Counted from the first letter of the stretch, positions 18,316 through 27,899 are shown. The stretch is 64,000 nucleotides of DNA from Candidatus Spongiisociaceae bacterium (GCA_965219685.1 CBDCOH010000002.1:3360001-3424000), one strand, 5' to 3'. The notes: generated from the letters alone by a model not told the origin. Translations and numbers: made by a program.

Positions 18316-18638
18316 CCGCAGAACCCATCGTCTTGAACGAGACCATCCACCAATCCACACGGCTGCGGATAATGTCCATGCTGGTCTCCCAGCCTGAGAC
18401 CGACCGGCTCACCTACGGGTTCATCCAGAAGACGCTGCATCTCACGGGTGGGAACCTGACAACCCATCTGCGGAAACTCGAGAGCGCAGGCTACCTGGTC
18501 ACCGCCAAGGAGTTCCTCGACTCCAAGCCTCGCACATGGGTCAGGGCGACACCGGAGGGCCGCCGAGCGTTCGCCGAGCATCTTGCCAACCTGGACAAGG
18601 CCCTCAACCTCCGGCGGGCACTGGCGGGTGACCGGTAA
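18312..18638 (+). CDS. Winged-helix (MarR-like/HTH_34) transcriptional regulator
   Basis: IHQSTRLRIM, LTGGNLTTHLRKLESAGY, KPRTW...T..GRRAF; GTGA overlap. Confidence 0.88.
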   Translation: MTAEPIVLNETIHQSTRLRIMSMLVSQPETDRLTYGFIQKTLHLTGGNLTTHLRKLESAGYLVTAKEFLDSKPRTWVRATPEGRRAFAEHLANLDKALNLRRALAGDR

Positions 18639-18694
18639 CGGCTTCCAAGACAAAGACGTTGTAGCCGCCGGTGTCCAGCAACGCCGAACCCTGC

Positions 18695-18790
18695 AACTAT
18701 CATAAGAAATGTGTATGGATGCTACAAAATAGATAAATATATCTGAATCCACCTGCGCCGTTCGTCTCCCATCAATATGATTTCGCGAGG
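18695..18790 (+). promoter_or_regulatory. AT-rich promoter region of the ECF operon with a palindrome
   Basis: Markedly AT-rich tract in a GC-rich window; AGATA-AATA-TATCT at 18731-18744. Confidence 0.5.
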
Positions 18791-18813
18791 AGCGCTACGA
18801 GGGAGGGTATCGA

Positions 18814-19416
18814 ATGAGCGCCATCCAAGACGGTCTACGACTCAAGACAGCTTTCACGACAGCAGCCTGGGTCCTGATCCCGGTCGCCATCGGGATCAAC
18901 CTCATCGGAAGGTACTTCGCCCAGACCTTGAACCTGCCGCTGTTCATCGACACGACCGGCACCACGATGGCGGCCTTCCTGGCCGGCCCCTGGGTTGCCG
19001 CAGTCGCCGGGGTGCTCACGAACCTCGTGATCGGGCTCACGCTCGAAGCGACGTCGATTCCATTCGGTATCGTCAACGCGGCTATCGGCATTGTGGCCGG
19101 TGTCATGGCAGCGCATGGATTCCTTCGCTCCACGGGCAAGGTGATCTGGCTGATACTGGCCTTGACCGCTACCACCATCATCACCGCCACGCCCATCGTG
19201 GTGCTCGTTTTCGAAGGCGTCTCCGGGTCAGGCGTCGACGTGGTCACCGGCTTCTTCGTGGCATCCGGGCAAGGAATCGTCGAATCGGTTATCGGTCAGC
19301 AACTGCTCACGACTCCGGGCGACAAGGTGCTCACGGTGCTCCTGTCCTTCATCTTGATAAAGGGAGTTCCGGCACGCTACCGGCCCCCGTTCGGCCGAGA
19401 AGTCGTTCCGTTCTAG
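18814..19416 (+). CDS. ECF transporter S component
   Basis: About 200 aa hydrophobic; LIPVAIGINL, LPLFIDTTGT, AGPW, DKVL; followed by T and A subunits. Confidence 0.88.
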   Translation: MSAIQDGLRLKTAFTTAAWVLIPVAIGINLIGRYFAQTLNLPLFIDTTGTTMAAFLAGPWVAAVAGVLTNLVIGLTLEATSIPFGIVNAAIGIVAGVMAAHGFLRSTGKVIWLILALTATTIITATPIVVLVFEGVSGSGVDVVTGFFVASGQGIVESVIGQQLLTTPGDKVLTVLLSFILIKGVPARYRPPFGREVVPF

Positions 19417-19515
19417 GAAGGTACTGAGGAACCGCCGGCTGGCCCGACGGTCGATGGCAACCCACATGTCAGCGGACGGCGGGCCACCGGCATTCCTTGT
19501 TTCTCAGCACCCTTC
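19417..19515 (+). other. Long intergenic RNA hairpin after the S-component gene
   Basis: GCCGG-C-TGGCCCG pairs with CGGGCCA-CCGGC; outer GAAG/GTACTGAG pairs with CTCAGCAC/CTTC. Confidence 0.6.
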
Positions 19516-19705
19516 TGACCGGCTAGTGGTCACCCTGTGAAGCAGCGGCACGGAGTGCACGGCGACGGCTCTCCGGGACAGACCCGCCTGTGAAGGCGTG
19601 CGGGGAACGGAACGTCGAGGCAGCGGAACGCAGCGCTGGGCTTCGCCGGTCGGCAGCACGGGCCGGTCCGCCTGGCGGGCAGACCACCCGAACCACGACG
19701 CGGTA

Positions 19706-20497
19706 GTGGAAGCCGACACGACCGCTTGGTCCCCGGCGCGATTAGCCGCGCTGTACGAGGTCGGGAGCACCTGGCTCCACCGGGTGCATCCCCTGACCAA
19801 GCTGGCCGCAGTGCTTCCACTATCGGTTGCGGGATTCGCCGGCGACACGGTTCGGGTTCCCGCAGTCCTCTTGCTGGCGGCGGCAGTGATCCTCATCGTG
19901 ACCCGTCTGGGTTCGGTCGTGCTGAAATCACTCCGGCTCATCGCACCGATGACATTCGCCCTCTTCGTGATACACGGGGTGGTCCGCCCTTACGATTCGG
20001 AACCTATCGCCAGCTGGGGCCCCATCTCGATCAACGCCGAAGGACTGGCCCTCGCCGGAACCACCGCCGCGCGCCTGGCGGTGTTCGTCGTCGCGGTGAC
20101 CGCCGCGATGGCGACCGTACACCCCAAGGTCTTCGCCACGGCCCTGATCCAGCGAGGTGTCTCGCACAAGCTTGCCTACGCGTATCTAGCCGGGGCAGAA
20201 TTGCTCCCGGAGATGCGGCTCCGGGCTTCCCAGATCCTCGATGCCCAGCAGTCGCGCGGCTTCGACACGAAGGGCAGTTTGCCGCGACGTCTCCGGACCC
20301 TCTTCGCACTGCTAAAGCCCCTGCTGGTCAGTTCCCTGATCGGGGTTGAGATGAGGACCCTGGCCCTCGAATCAAGGGGGTTCGCCCGACCCGGGCGCCG
20401 GACCTCCGCCGTGGAGGTGGAAGATCGGGGGAGGTGGCTCCAGAGGGCGCTCCTGCTGGCTGCGATCCCGCTGGTCGTCCTGGCCATCCTATGGTGA
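19706..20497 (+). CDS. ECF transporter T component
   Basis: WLHRVHPLTKL, AQQSRG, ALESRGF (two xRG coupling motifs). Start inferred. Confidence 0.88.
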   Translation: MEADTTAWSPARLAALYEVGSTWLHRVHPLTKLAAVLPLSVAGFAGDTVRVPAVLLLAAAVILIVTRLGSVVLKSLRLIAPMTFALFVIHGVVRPYDSEPIASWGPISINAEGLALAGTTAARLAVFVVAVTAAMATVHPKVFATALIQRGVSHKLAYAYLAGAELLPEMRLRASQILDAQQSRGFDTKGSLPRRLRTLFALLKPLLVSSLIGVEMRTLALESRGFARPGRRTSAVEVEDRGRWLQRALLLAAIPLVVLAILW

Positions 20498-21399
20498 GCG
20501 GCGCTCGCTCCCCGGACTCCAACGGGTCGGGGACCGCGGCATTTGCGAGGTTCGAGGGGTTCGGCGTCACTTACGCCACCGCTTCCGAGCCCTCGCTGAC
20601 CGGGGTGACCCTCGAGCTCTACAGCGACCGGCTCGCCCTCGTCACCGGGCCCTCCGGGAGCGGAAAGTCCACGCTGGCGCGGATCGTGGCCGGGTTCGTT
20701 CCGAGGCTGCTGCACGGGCAGGTGGAGGGCTCGGCACACGTGCTCGGTCACGACGTGGAATCCGCCGCGCCGCACGCGATCATCGAGTCCATAGGCATGG
20801 TGTTCGACAACCCCTTCGACCAGCTGACCGCCGCCACCAGGACGGTGTTCGACGAGACCGCCTACGCCTTGGAGAACGAGGGACTACCCCCTGCCGAGAT
20901 CGTCATCAGGGTTATGGGGGCCTTGGAGAACGTCGGGCTGGCCGAGATGGCCGGCCACCACCCCCGCCGCCTCTCGGGCGGCCAATCGCAGCGGCTGGCG
21001 ATAGCGTGCGCTCTGGCCCAGCAGAAGCCGATCCTGGTCCTCGACGACCCGACCTCCCAGCTCGATCCCACCGGAACCGCGGAGGTCGTGTCCATGGTCA
21101 AGAAGTTGCGGAGGGAGCACACGACGGTGGTACTGGTAGCCCAGGACCTGAGCCACTGGCTGGCCATCGCCGACCGGCTGATCATCCTGGACGAGGGTCG
21201 TGTGACGGCGGACGGGAACCCTGCTTCCCTCCTCGCCGACCCGGGGCCGCTTGCCGGAAAGGTCCTGATCCCTCGCTACGTCGCTATCTGGACCGAGTTG
21301 AGCAGCCGCGGGATGGAACTGGGTGATCGCGCGCCCCTCGGGACGGAACAGTTGCTGGAGTCACTCCGAGCCTCGGGCGGCGCCGGAGGATCGGAGTGA
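20491..21399 (+). CDS. ECF transporter ATPase A (degenerate Walker B and H-loop)
   Basis: GPSGSGKS, LSGGQ, but LVLDDPT and VAQD. Confidence 0.88.
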   Translation: MVSGARSPDSNGSGTAAFARFEGFGVTYATASEPSLTGVTLELYSDRLALVTGPSGSGKSTLARIVAGFVPRLLHGQVEGSAHVLGHDVESAAPHAIIESIGMVFDNPFDQLTAATRTVFDETAYALENEGLPPAEIVIRVMGALENVGLAEMAGHHPRRLSGGQSQRLAIACALAQQKPILVLDDPTSQLDPTGTAEVVSMVKKLRREHTTVVLVAQDLSHWLAIADRLIILDEGRVTADGNPASLLADPGPLAGKVLIPRYVAIWTELSSRGMELGDRAPLGTEQLLESLRASGGAGGSE

Positions 21400-22202
21400 T
21401 CCGGCTTCGCGATGTCAGCTACACCTACCCGAAGGGTGTCGAGGCGATACGTGGACTGAGCCTCGACGTGTCCGTCGGCGAGATCCTGTTCGTGCTAGGG
21501 CACAACGGCGCCGGAAAGTCGACGATGCTCCGCCTTTTCAACGGTCTACTCAAGCCCACCACCGGTACGGTGACGGTCGACGGCACCGACACGGCGAAGG
21601 TGAGACCCGCCCAACTCGCGCGTAGCGTCGGTCTGGTGTTCCAGAATCCCGACGCCCAGTTGTTCCGTGACCGGGTCTCGGACGAGGTGTCGTTCGGAGC
21701 CGACCATGGCGCCGGAACGGCGGATTCGACGCAACGCTTCGATCAGGCGATGGCTCTTCTCGGACTCGAGTCGGTGGCGGATCGCAACCCCTACGATCTC
21801 TCCCTCTCGTGGCGCAAGCGGGTGGCCATCGCGTCGGTCGTCGCCATGGGCAGCCCGATCTTGGTGCTCGACGAGCCTACGGGCGGCCAGGACGCCGAAG
21901 GAACCCGTGTTCTCACCGACCTCGTCATGGACAGGCGCCGTCACGGTCACGGTTGCGTGGTGGTCACCCACGACGTGGACCTGGCCTTCGACTGTGCCGA
22001 CCGGGTGGTGGTGATGAGAGAAGGCGAGATCCATCTAGAAGGCGACCCGATGACCGTGCTCGGCGATCCGCTCCTGGCGGCGGCCGGTGTCGAACCTTCA
22101 ACGATGCACCGTGTCTCGCAGGGGCTGGGACTGGATCGACCGGTCCGTACAGTGGACGAACTGGAAGAACACCTCAGATCCGCAGGAGGCACAACTCCAT
22201 GA
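21396..22202 (+). CDS. ECF transporter ATPase A'
   Basis: GHNGAGKS, FQNPDAQLF, LSLSW signature, LDEPT, VTHD. Confidence 0.9.
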   Translation: MIRLRDVSYTYPKGVEAIRGLSLDVSVGEILFVLGHNGAGKSTMLRLFNGLLKPTTGTVTVDGTDTAKVRPAQLARSVGLVFQNPDAQLFRDRVSDEVSFGADHGAGTADSTQRFDQAMALLGLESVADRNPYDLSLSWRKRVAIASVVAMGSPILVLDEPTGGQDAEGTRVLTDLVMDRRRHGHGCVVVTHDVDLAFDCADRVVVMREGEIHLEGDPMTVLGDPLLAAAGVEPSTMHRVSQGLGLDRPVRTVDELEEHLRSAGGTTP

Positions 22203-22990
22203 GCTTCGATCCGCTGAGCACCGACAAGCCGCAGCACCATATCCGATGCCTCCCGGGCGATGTGGCCGACAAGGTCCTCCTACCCGGTGACCCCAAGAGA
22301 GCGGAGCGGATAGCAGAGTTGCTCGACGACGCCCGCCACATCGCCACCAATCGCGAGTACGCCACCTACACGGGGACCTATCGAGGCATGCCGGTGTCCG
22401 TGACGTCGACCGGCATCGGTTGCCCTTCTGCGGCCATCGCCATCGAGGAACTCACCAGCGTGGGCGCCAGAACCCTGATCCGCGTCGGAACCAGCGGTTC
22501 GATGACGCCCGACGTGCAACCCGGTGAGGTGATCGTCGGGACGGGGGCCATACGGGAGGAGGGGACCGGGACGTCGTACCTTCCCATCGAATACCCGGCC
22601 GTGGCCGACCTCGACATGACGATCTGCCTGCGGGCCGCAGCCCTGGAACTCGGGCTGCCGGTGCGGTCGGGCGTTCTCCATTCCAAGGACTCGTTCTACT
22701 CGCACCGGACTCCGGACCGGGTGCCGGTGGCGCAGGAGATGCTGGGGAAGCGGGCCGCGTGGAGAGCGGGTGGGGCCCTCGCATCGGAGATGGAGACCTC
22801 CACGCTGTTTATCCTCGGATCCATGCTGCGGTTGAGGACAGGCTCCATATGTATGGTCGCCAGTTCGCATGATGCGGCTACCCGCCTGCCGCCTGCGGAG
22901 GCGGCGGCGCTGGTCGACAAGGTGATATTCGCCGCGCTCGATGCCCTGGTCATGGTCGAGTCACCGGGCAAGGGAGGCAACTCCGGATGA
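22199..22990 (+). CDS. Uridine phosphorylase-like nucleoside phosphorylase
   Basis: QHHI, LLPGDPKRA, STGIGCPS, IRVGTSG, KDSFY, SEMETSTLF; ATGA overlap. Confidence 0.9.
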   Translation: MSFDPLSTDKPQHHIRCLPGDVADKVLLPGDPKRAERIAELLDDARHIATNREYATYTGTYRGMPVSVTSTGIGCPSAAIAIEELTSVGARTLIRVGTSGSMTPDVQPGEVIVGTGAIREEGTGTSYLPIEYPAVADLDMTICLRAAALELGLPVRSGVLHSKDSFYSHRTPDRVPVAQEMLGKRAAWRAGGALASEMETSTLFILGSMLRLRTGSICMVASSHDAATRLPPAEAAALVDKVIFAALDALVMVESPGKGGNSG

Positions 22991-23991
22991 CCACCCGGAT
23001 CGACGTCCACACCCACTTCTACCCCACTTCCTACCTGGCCGCCCTGGAACGACGGAGCGACATCCCGCGCGTCTACCGGGACGGCGCTGTCAGACGGTTC
23101 GTGATCTTCCCGGAGGAGGATGCCGACCCGCGCATAGGTCGCCCCATCGAGGACGGGTGGTGCACCGTCGCGGGGAAGGTCGGCTTCATGGACGAAAAGG
23201 CCATCTCACGCTCCGTCATCTCGCTCGGCAACCCCTGGATGGAGCCGTTCGAGGGTCAGCAGGGGATCGAACTGACACGAGTGGTCAACGACGAGTTAGG
23301 CGCCCTGGAGGAGACGACGGATGGGCGGATGGTGGGTCTCGGAGCCCTCCCCGCAACCAGTGTCGAGGATGTCGTGGCGGAGATCGCGGCCATCGACCGG
23401 CACCCGAGCCTGCGCGGAATCGTGACGGGCCCCCGGATCGCGCAACTCCGGCTGGACGATCCGGAGTTGGAACCGGTCTGGGCGGAACTGGAGTCGCGGG
23501 ACGTCCCCGTGTTGTTGCACCCCCAGGACGGTATCGCCCTCGACCTCCTGGAAGGCTACGGACACGTCCTGCCCGTCGGGGTGGGTTTCCCGATGGAGAC
23601 CACCGCAGTGGTGAGCCGCCTCGTGTTCGGCGGCGTTCTCCACAACCACCCCGATCTCAAGATGATCGTCTCGCACGGTGGGGGGACGCTGTCGGCCCTG
23701 GTAGGGCGGCTCGACGCTGCCTGGCGATCGGACGAGATCGGCCGGTCCCGCCTTCCCGAACCCCCATCCAGGTCGATCGCCCGGCTCTACGTCGACGCCA
23801 TCACCTACGCACCGGGTCCGCTGCACGCATCCATCGCCATGGTCGGTAGCGAACGGGTCATGTTCGGCACCGATCACCCCTTCTCCATCGAGGATGCCGA
23901 AGCAACTGCGGACGCCATGGGTGCGGTCGACGAGATCGCCCGCGAGTCGATCTTCGCAGGCACCGCCTCCGCCCTCTTCCGATTGACCTGA
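22987..23991 (+). CDS. Amidohydrolase_2 decarboxylase, iso-orotate (uracil-5-carboxylate) decarboxylase-like
   Basis: IDVHTHFYP, GRP, SVISLGNPW, LLHP, YGHVLPVGVGFPMETT, SHGGGTL..GR, DAITY, MFGTDHPF match, from recall, the fungal IDCase motif series. Confidence 0.78.
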   Translation: MTTRIDVHTHFYPTSYLAALERRSDIPRVYRDGAVRRFVIFPEEDADPRIGRPIEDGWCTVAGKVGFMDEKAISRSVISLGNPWMEPFEGQQGIELTRVVNDELGALEETTDGRMVGLGALPATSVEDVVAEIAAIDRHPSLRGIVTGPRIAQLRLDDPELEPVWAELESRDVPVLLHPQDGIALDLLEGYGHVLPVGVGFPMETTAVVSRLVFGGVLHNHPDLKMIVSHGGGTLSALVGRLDAAWRSDEIGRSRLPEPPSRSIARLYVDAITYAPGPLHASIAMVGSERVMFGTDHPFSIEDAEATADAMGAVDEIARESIFAGTASALFRLT

Positions 23992-24065
23992 CGATCGAGA
24001 AGCTGCCTGACCAATCGGCCAATCGAGCGGCAGCCCCGACAGGGTTGCGTAGCTAGTTGGTCAAG

Positions 24066-24080
24066 TCTGATCTAGTCAGA
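24066..24080. promoter_or_regulatory. Putative vapBC autoregulatory operator
   Basis: TCTGA-TCTAG-TCAGA inverted repeat 13 nt upstream of the antitoxin ATG. Confidence 0.5.
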
Positions 24081-24093
24081 TAAACTGGCCTGT

Positions 24094-24327
24094 ATGATCG
24101 TCAACGTTTACGAGGCCAAGACCCATTTCTCCAAGCTCCTCGACCGTGTTCTGAACGGTGAGGAGATCGTGATAGGTCGGGCGGGGAGGCCCGTCGCCCG
24201 ACTAGTTCCCTTCGTCGCGAAGCGAACTCCAAGGGTGCCGGGCAGGCTGGCCGGCAAGATCGTCATGGCTGAGGACTTCGACGCGACACCCGGCTGGCTG
24301 CTCGACGCTTTCGAGGGCCGGGAGTGA
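24094..24327 (+). CDS. Phd/YefM family antitoxin
   Basis: VNVYEAKTHFSKLL...GEEIVI...GRPVARLVP. Confidence 0.93.
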   Translation: MIVNVYEAKTHFSKLLDRVLNGEEIVIGRAGRPVARLVPFVAKRTPRVPGRLAGKIVMAEDFDATPGWLLDAFEGRE

Positions 24328-24695
24328 ATCTACTGCTGGACACCCACACCGCGTTGTGGTGGTTCAGCAACGAGGGTCTCTTCACAGGAGGGGCGGATGC
24401 CATCGCGGATCCCAACAACCTCGTTTACGTAAGCGTGGCCAGCATCTGGGAGGTCAGCATCAAGCAGACCATCGGCAAACTCGCCATCAGTGATGAGTTC
24501 TACACGTTTGTCTACGAGGACTTCGAGCCTCTTCATATCACCATCTCAGACGCCCGAGCAGCCGGTGCCCTGCCGCGACACCACCGCGATCCGTTCGACA
24601 GGATGCTTGTCGCGCAGGCTCTTGCGCGCGACCTGACGCTGGTGAGTCGGGATCGGGCGTTGAGCCAGTATGGGGTCAAGTTGATGAGAGCCTGA
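24324..24695 (+). CDS. vapC: VapC (PIN domain) toxin
   Basis: LLLDTH, SVASIWEVSIK, HRDPFDRMLVAQA, LVSRD; GTGA overlap. Confidence 0.93.
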   Translation: MNLLLDTHTALWWFSNEGLFTGGADAIADPNNLVYVSVASIWEVSIKQTIGKLAISDEFYTFVYEDFEPLHITISDARAAGALPRHHRDPFDRMLVAQALARDLTLVSRDRALSQYGVKLMRA

Positions 24696-24826
24696 ACCGG
24701 GTTCGATACCTCCCAGGATGTGTTGTGGGCGCAGCCCGGAAGGCGTAACTCCCTACAAGGCCCCTTACCGTCGACACGTGGCCCGAAAAACTCCTACAAT
24801 GGCCACCCTCCGGCAACCGGCAACGG

Positions 24827-25798
24827 CTACGCTCGGCGTCCGGTGTAGGGGATGTCGTCGAGGATCCGGAACAGGACCTTCTTGTCGTCGTCGCCCAGAG
24901 CGCTGAAGGGTGGCCGCACGGACCCGCCCTTCAGGCCCACGTAGTCAAGGGTGCCCTTGATGACCGATGCCCCGAAGTAGTACGGGTACTCCTCGCCGGT
25001 CGTGAACTCCTCCCCCATGAAGAAGTGCATATAGGGCGCCAGCCTGGCGTGCATGCGGTCCGCCTCGCCGTAGGCGCCCTTCTCCAGCAGGTCCCAGTAC
25101 TCGAGCTCGAACTCGGGCCACCAACTGGCCGGACCCGAGATGAAGCTGGCGCTGCCGTGGATGTGACCGACCGACGAGGTGAAGCCCAGGGAGTTGTCGA
25201 TGAAATTGAACCGGTCCTTGAACATCGGGATGGTGCTGATCATCGGTACGTATATGCCCGGTCCCCCGTACTTGAGGGACAGGACGTTGGGGATGTCGGT
25301 CACGCGCTGAAGCAACGTGGCGGTGAGGCTGGTGGCGAGGTGCCCGCGCCACGGCTGGTCGTACAGCATGATGGCCATGTCCGGAACGGATTCCGCCACC
25401 ATACGTATGAAGGTGTCGAAACTGTCCTCGTCGAGGCGGTAGTAGAACGGCGGGGTGAGCATCACATGGCCGGCCCCGGCGTCGCGGGCGTTGCGGGTCA
25501 TCTTGATGGCTTCGAACACGCTGCAGGAACCCACCCCGGCCACGATCGGGAGCTTCCCGTCGGCGCCCCTGACGGACGCCTCGACTATCTGGCTGTGCTC
25601 CTCCTCGTTCAGATGTACCAGTTCACCCGTTCCCGACGGGGAGATGACGAAGCCGCGTCCGGTGACAAGGCCGCCTTCGACCATCCAGCGGATGTTGTCC
25701 TCCAGGGCGCCTAGATCCGGGCTGAAGTCATCGTTCCAGGGAATCATTGCCAGCGAGGCAGGCCCGCATATCTCCGCTTTCCGTGCGTCCCAGTCCAT
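24827..25798 (-). CDS. Dihydrodipicolinate synthase/N-acetylneuraminate lyase family aldolase
   Basis: SGTGE, IVAGVG, PPFYY, MLYD, SLKY (Schiff-base Lys), VRPP. ATG 25798. Confidence 0.85.
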   Translation of the reverse strand: MDWDARKAEICGPASLAMIPWNDDFSPDLGALEDNIRWMVEGGLVTGRGFVISPSGTGELVHLNEEEHSQIVEASVRGADGKLPIVAGVGSCSVFEAIKMTRNARDAGAGHVMLTPPFYYRLDEDSFDTFIRMVAESVPDMAIMLYDQPWRGHLATSLTATLLQRVTDIPNVLSLKYGGPGIYVPMISTIPMFKDRFNFIDNSLGFTSSVGHIHGSASFISGPASWWPEFELEYWDLLEKGAYGEADRMHARLAPYMHFFMGEEFTTGEEYPYYFGASVIKGTLDYVGLKGGSVRPPFSALGDDDKKVLFRILDDIPYTGRRA

Positions 25799-25988
25799 TT
25801 TCGCCCTCCACTCGAACCGGCACCGAACCTGCGCCGGTCTGTCTATCGACACCGAAACTATCGTCGTTCGTCGCTCCGTTGTCAACGGCCTGCAAGCCGG
25901 CCGCCCCAACCCTGCCGTTCATCGCCCTTCCGCCGAACCTGTGCTCGTCATTAGAGTCGAACGCGCGCCGGGAAGGAGGTTCGTAGCC

Positions 25989-26720
25989 GTGACAGCCGGC
26001 CTCGGGCGGATCGGCTTGATCGTCCCTTGTGATCTGACACTCGATGCGGAGTATCCGCGCTACCTCCCGGAGGGAGCGACCGTTCACGTGACACGTACCG
26101 GTTTTCACGCCGGCGATCTCGATCTCGACTTCATCTTGGGCGTGTCCTCACCGTCCGAGATCGCCTACGCCACCCGCAGCCTCACCAAGATCGCTCCGGG
26201 CGTCATCAGCTTTGCATGCACGTCCGGGAGCTTCGTTCTCGGCCTCGGCGGCGAGTCCGGTATCCGGGCCCTGATGGAGGATGCGGGGGCTGCAGTCGCC
26301 CAGACGACCAGCGGGGCGCTCCTCGATGCACTCGCCGCGCTGGGGGTCGAGCGGATCGGGCTCGGCACGCCCTACACGGAGTCGGTCGGCGCCAGACTCG
26401 GGTTTTTCCTGACCGAAGCCGGGTACCACGTCACGGATGTGGTCAACATGGAACTCCACGACGTGATCGGCCCGGTGGCGGACGACATGGTGACCGACCT
26501 GGCGCGCCGCGCGGCTGGCGGCCGCCCGGACGCCGTCTTCCTCGCCTGCACGGGTGTCCCGACGCTCGACTTGATCATCCCTCTCGAGGCCGACCTGGAG
26601 ATGCCCGTGCTTACCGCCAACCAGGTCACGATGTGGGCGGCCCTGGGATCGATCGGCATGCGCTCGCCGCTGGCCTCCCAACGCCTTCTCCGCACCGGGT
26701 GGAGGAGCCACCGGGCCTGA
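25989..26720 (+). CDS. Asp/Glu racemase / maleate cis-trans isomerase family protein
   Basis: GRIGLIVP, FACTSGS, GTPY, FLACTG, PVLTANQVTMW; GGAGG RBS before GTG. Confidence 0.88.
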   Translation: MTAGLGRIGLIVPCDLTLDAEYPRYLPEGATVHVTRTGFHAGDLDLDFILGVSSPSEIAYATRSLTKIAPGVISFACTSGSFVLGLGGESGIRALMEDAGAAVAQTTSGALLDALAALGVERIGLGTPYTESVGARLGFFLTEAGYHVTDVVNMELHDVIGPVADDMVTDLARRAAGGRPDAVFLACTGVPTLDLIIPLEADLEMPVLTANQVTMWAALGSIGMRSPLASQRLLRTGWRSHRA

Positions 26721-26757
26721 GCGGACCACTCCACCGGTCACCTCACCACGGTCGACC

Positions 26758-27899
26758 TTATCGGACCCGACTGAGGCCGACCGGTGCGGTCGACAGCACC
26801 TCGGGAGCACCATCGGTGATAGCGAGCACCTGCTCTGCGCAGTAGATCCCGGTGTCGTCCACGACGGCCGGTTCGATAGTGACCACCATGCCCGGCTGCA
26901 ATACCGTCTCGTCGAACTCGGCGATGCTGGGGGGTTCGGTCGCGTCGAGGCCGATGCCGTGACCGAGCCGCCCGAACCCGAGCGAGTCAAGCCCGAGAGA
27001 GTCCGACCTGTCCCGCACGGCCGCCGCGACCTCTCCGACCGCCGCACCGGCGCGGGCCACCTCGATCCCGGCGTTCGTGGCCTCAACCACGGCCTCCTGG
27101 AGTTCCGTCTGCCGGGAGTCGGGGCCTCCGACCACCGCTGCCCGGCAGAAGTCGGACCAGTACCCGTCCACCCGCACACCAACGTCGGACCAGACGAGGT
27201 CCCCCTCCCGGATGACACGGTCGCGCGGAGCGCTGACGAACCGGTCGTACGACCCGGACCCTGACGTTATGGCGATCCAACCCAGGGTGTCAGCCCCCGC
27301 ACCGATGGCAGCCCTCGCTATCCGTCGCGCCAGTTCACGCTCGGTGACTCCGGTGAGGGTCCCTGCCAGTACCTGCGCAAACGCTGCACTCGTGGCCTGG
27401 GCCGCAGCCCGTAGGCAGGCTATCTCGTAGGGGGACTTGACGGTCCGCAGCACCAGAGCAAGTCCTGGCCGTCGACCAACCGGAGGCGGTCGACCTGGCG
27501 GGCGATGGCACCGAAGTCGGCGGGAGTTACTCCCGCCCTCGCCTCCCTACCCAACTCCAAGCCGATGGGGCCGGGCGGAAGGGCACCGATCGCATCGACC
27601 ACATGCGGCACCACGCTCTCGGGCGGTACGTCGTAGCGATGGACCACCGAGTCGGGCCATGCCTCCCCGGCCTCATCGGCGACGAAGGCGGGGAGGCAAA
27701 GGTGGAGGGGGCCGTCCTCCGGAACCACCGCGATCGTCGACCTGGTGGCCGATGACCACATCGGGTCGAACCGTAGACCGGTGAAGTAGACGAAGTTGGC
27801 CTGTGTCGAGACGACCAGCCCAACCAGGCCGGCATCGGCCATCGCAGATCGGGCTCGCACGACGCGGTCGCGGAACTCGTCGGGGGGTGGTTGCGGCAT
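26758..27899 (-). pseudogene. Xaa-Pro aminopeptidase (M24B), split by a 1-nt frameshift near 27452
   Basis: Creatinase_N half ends ...GQDLLW (TGG TG) and continues in another frame as LRTVKSPYEI...; metal ligands D, D, H, E, E intact. Could be a sequencing error. Confidence 0.8.

Noticed and set aside
24697-24713. GGTTCGATACC as a tRNA fragment or att site after vapC
   Set aside because: No T-stem pairing and no match to either tRNA 3' end.
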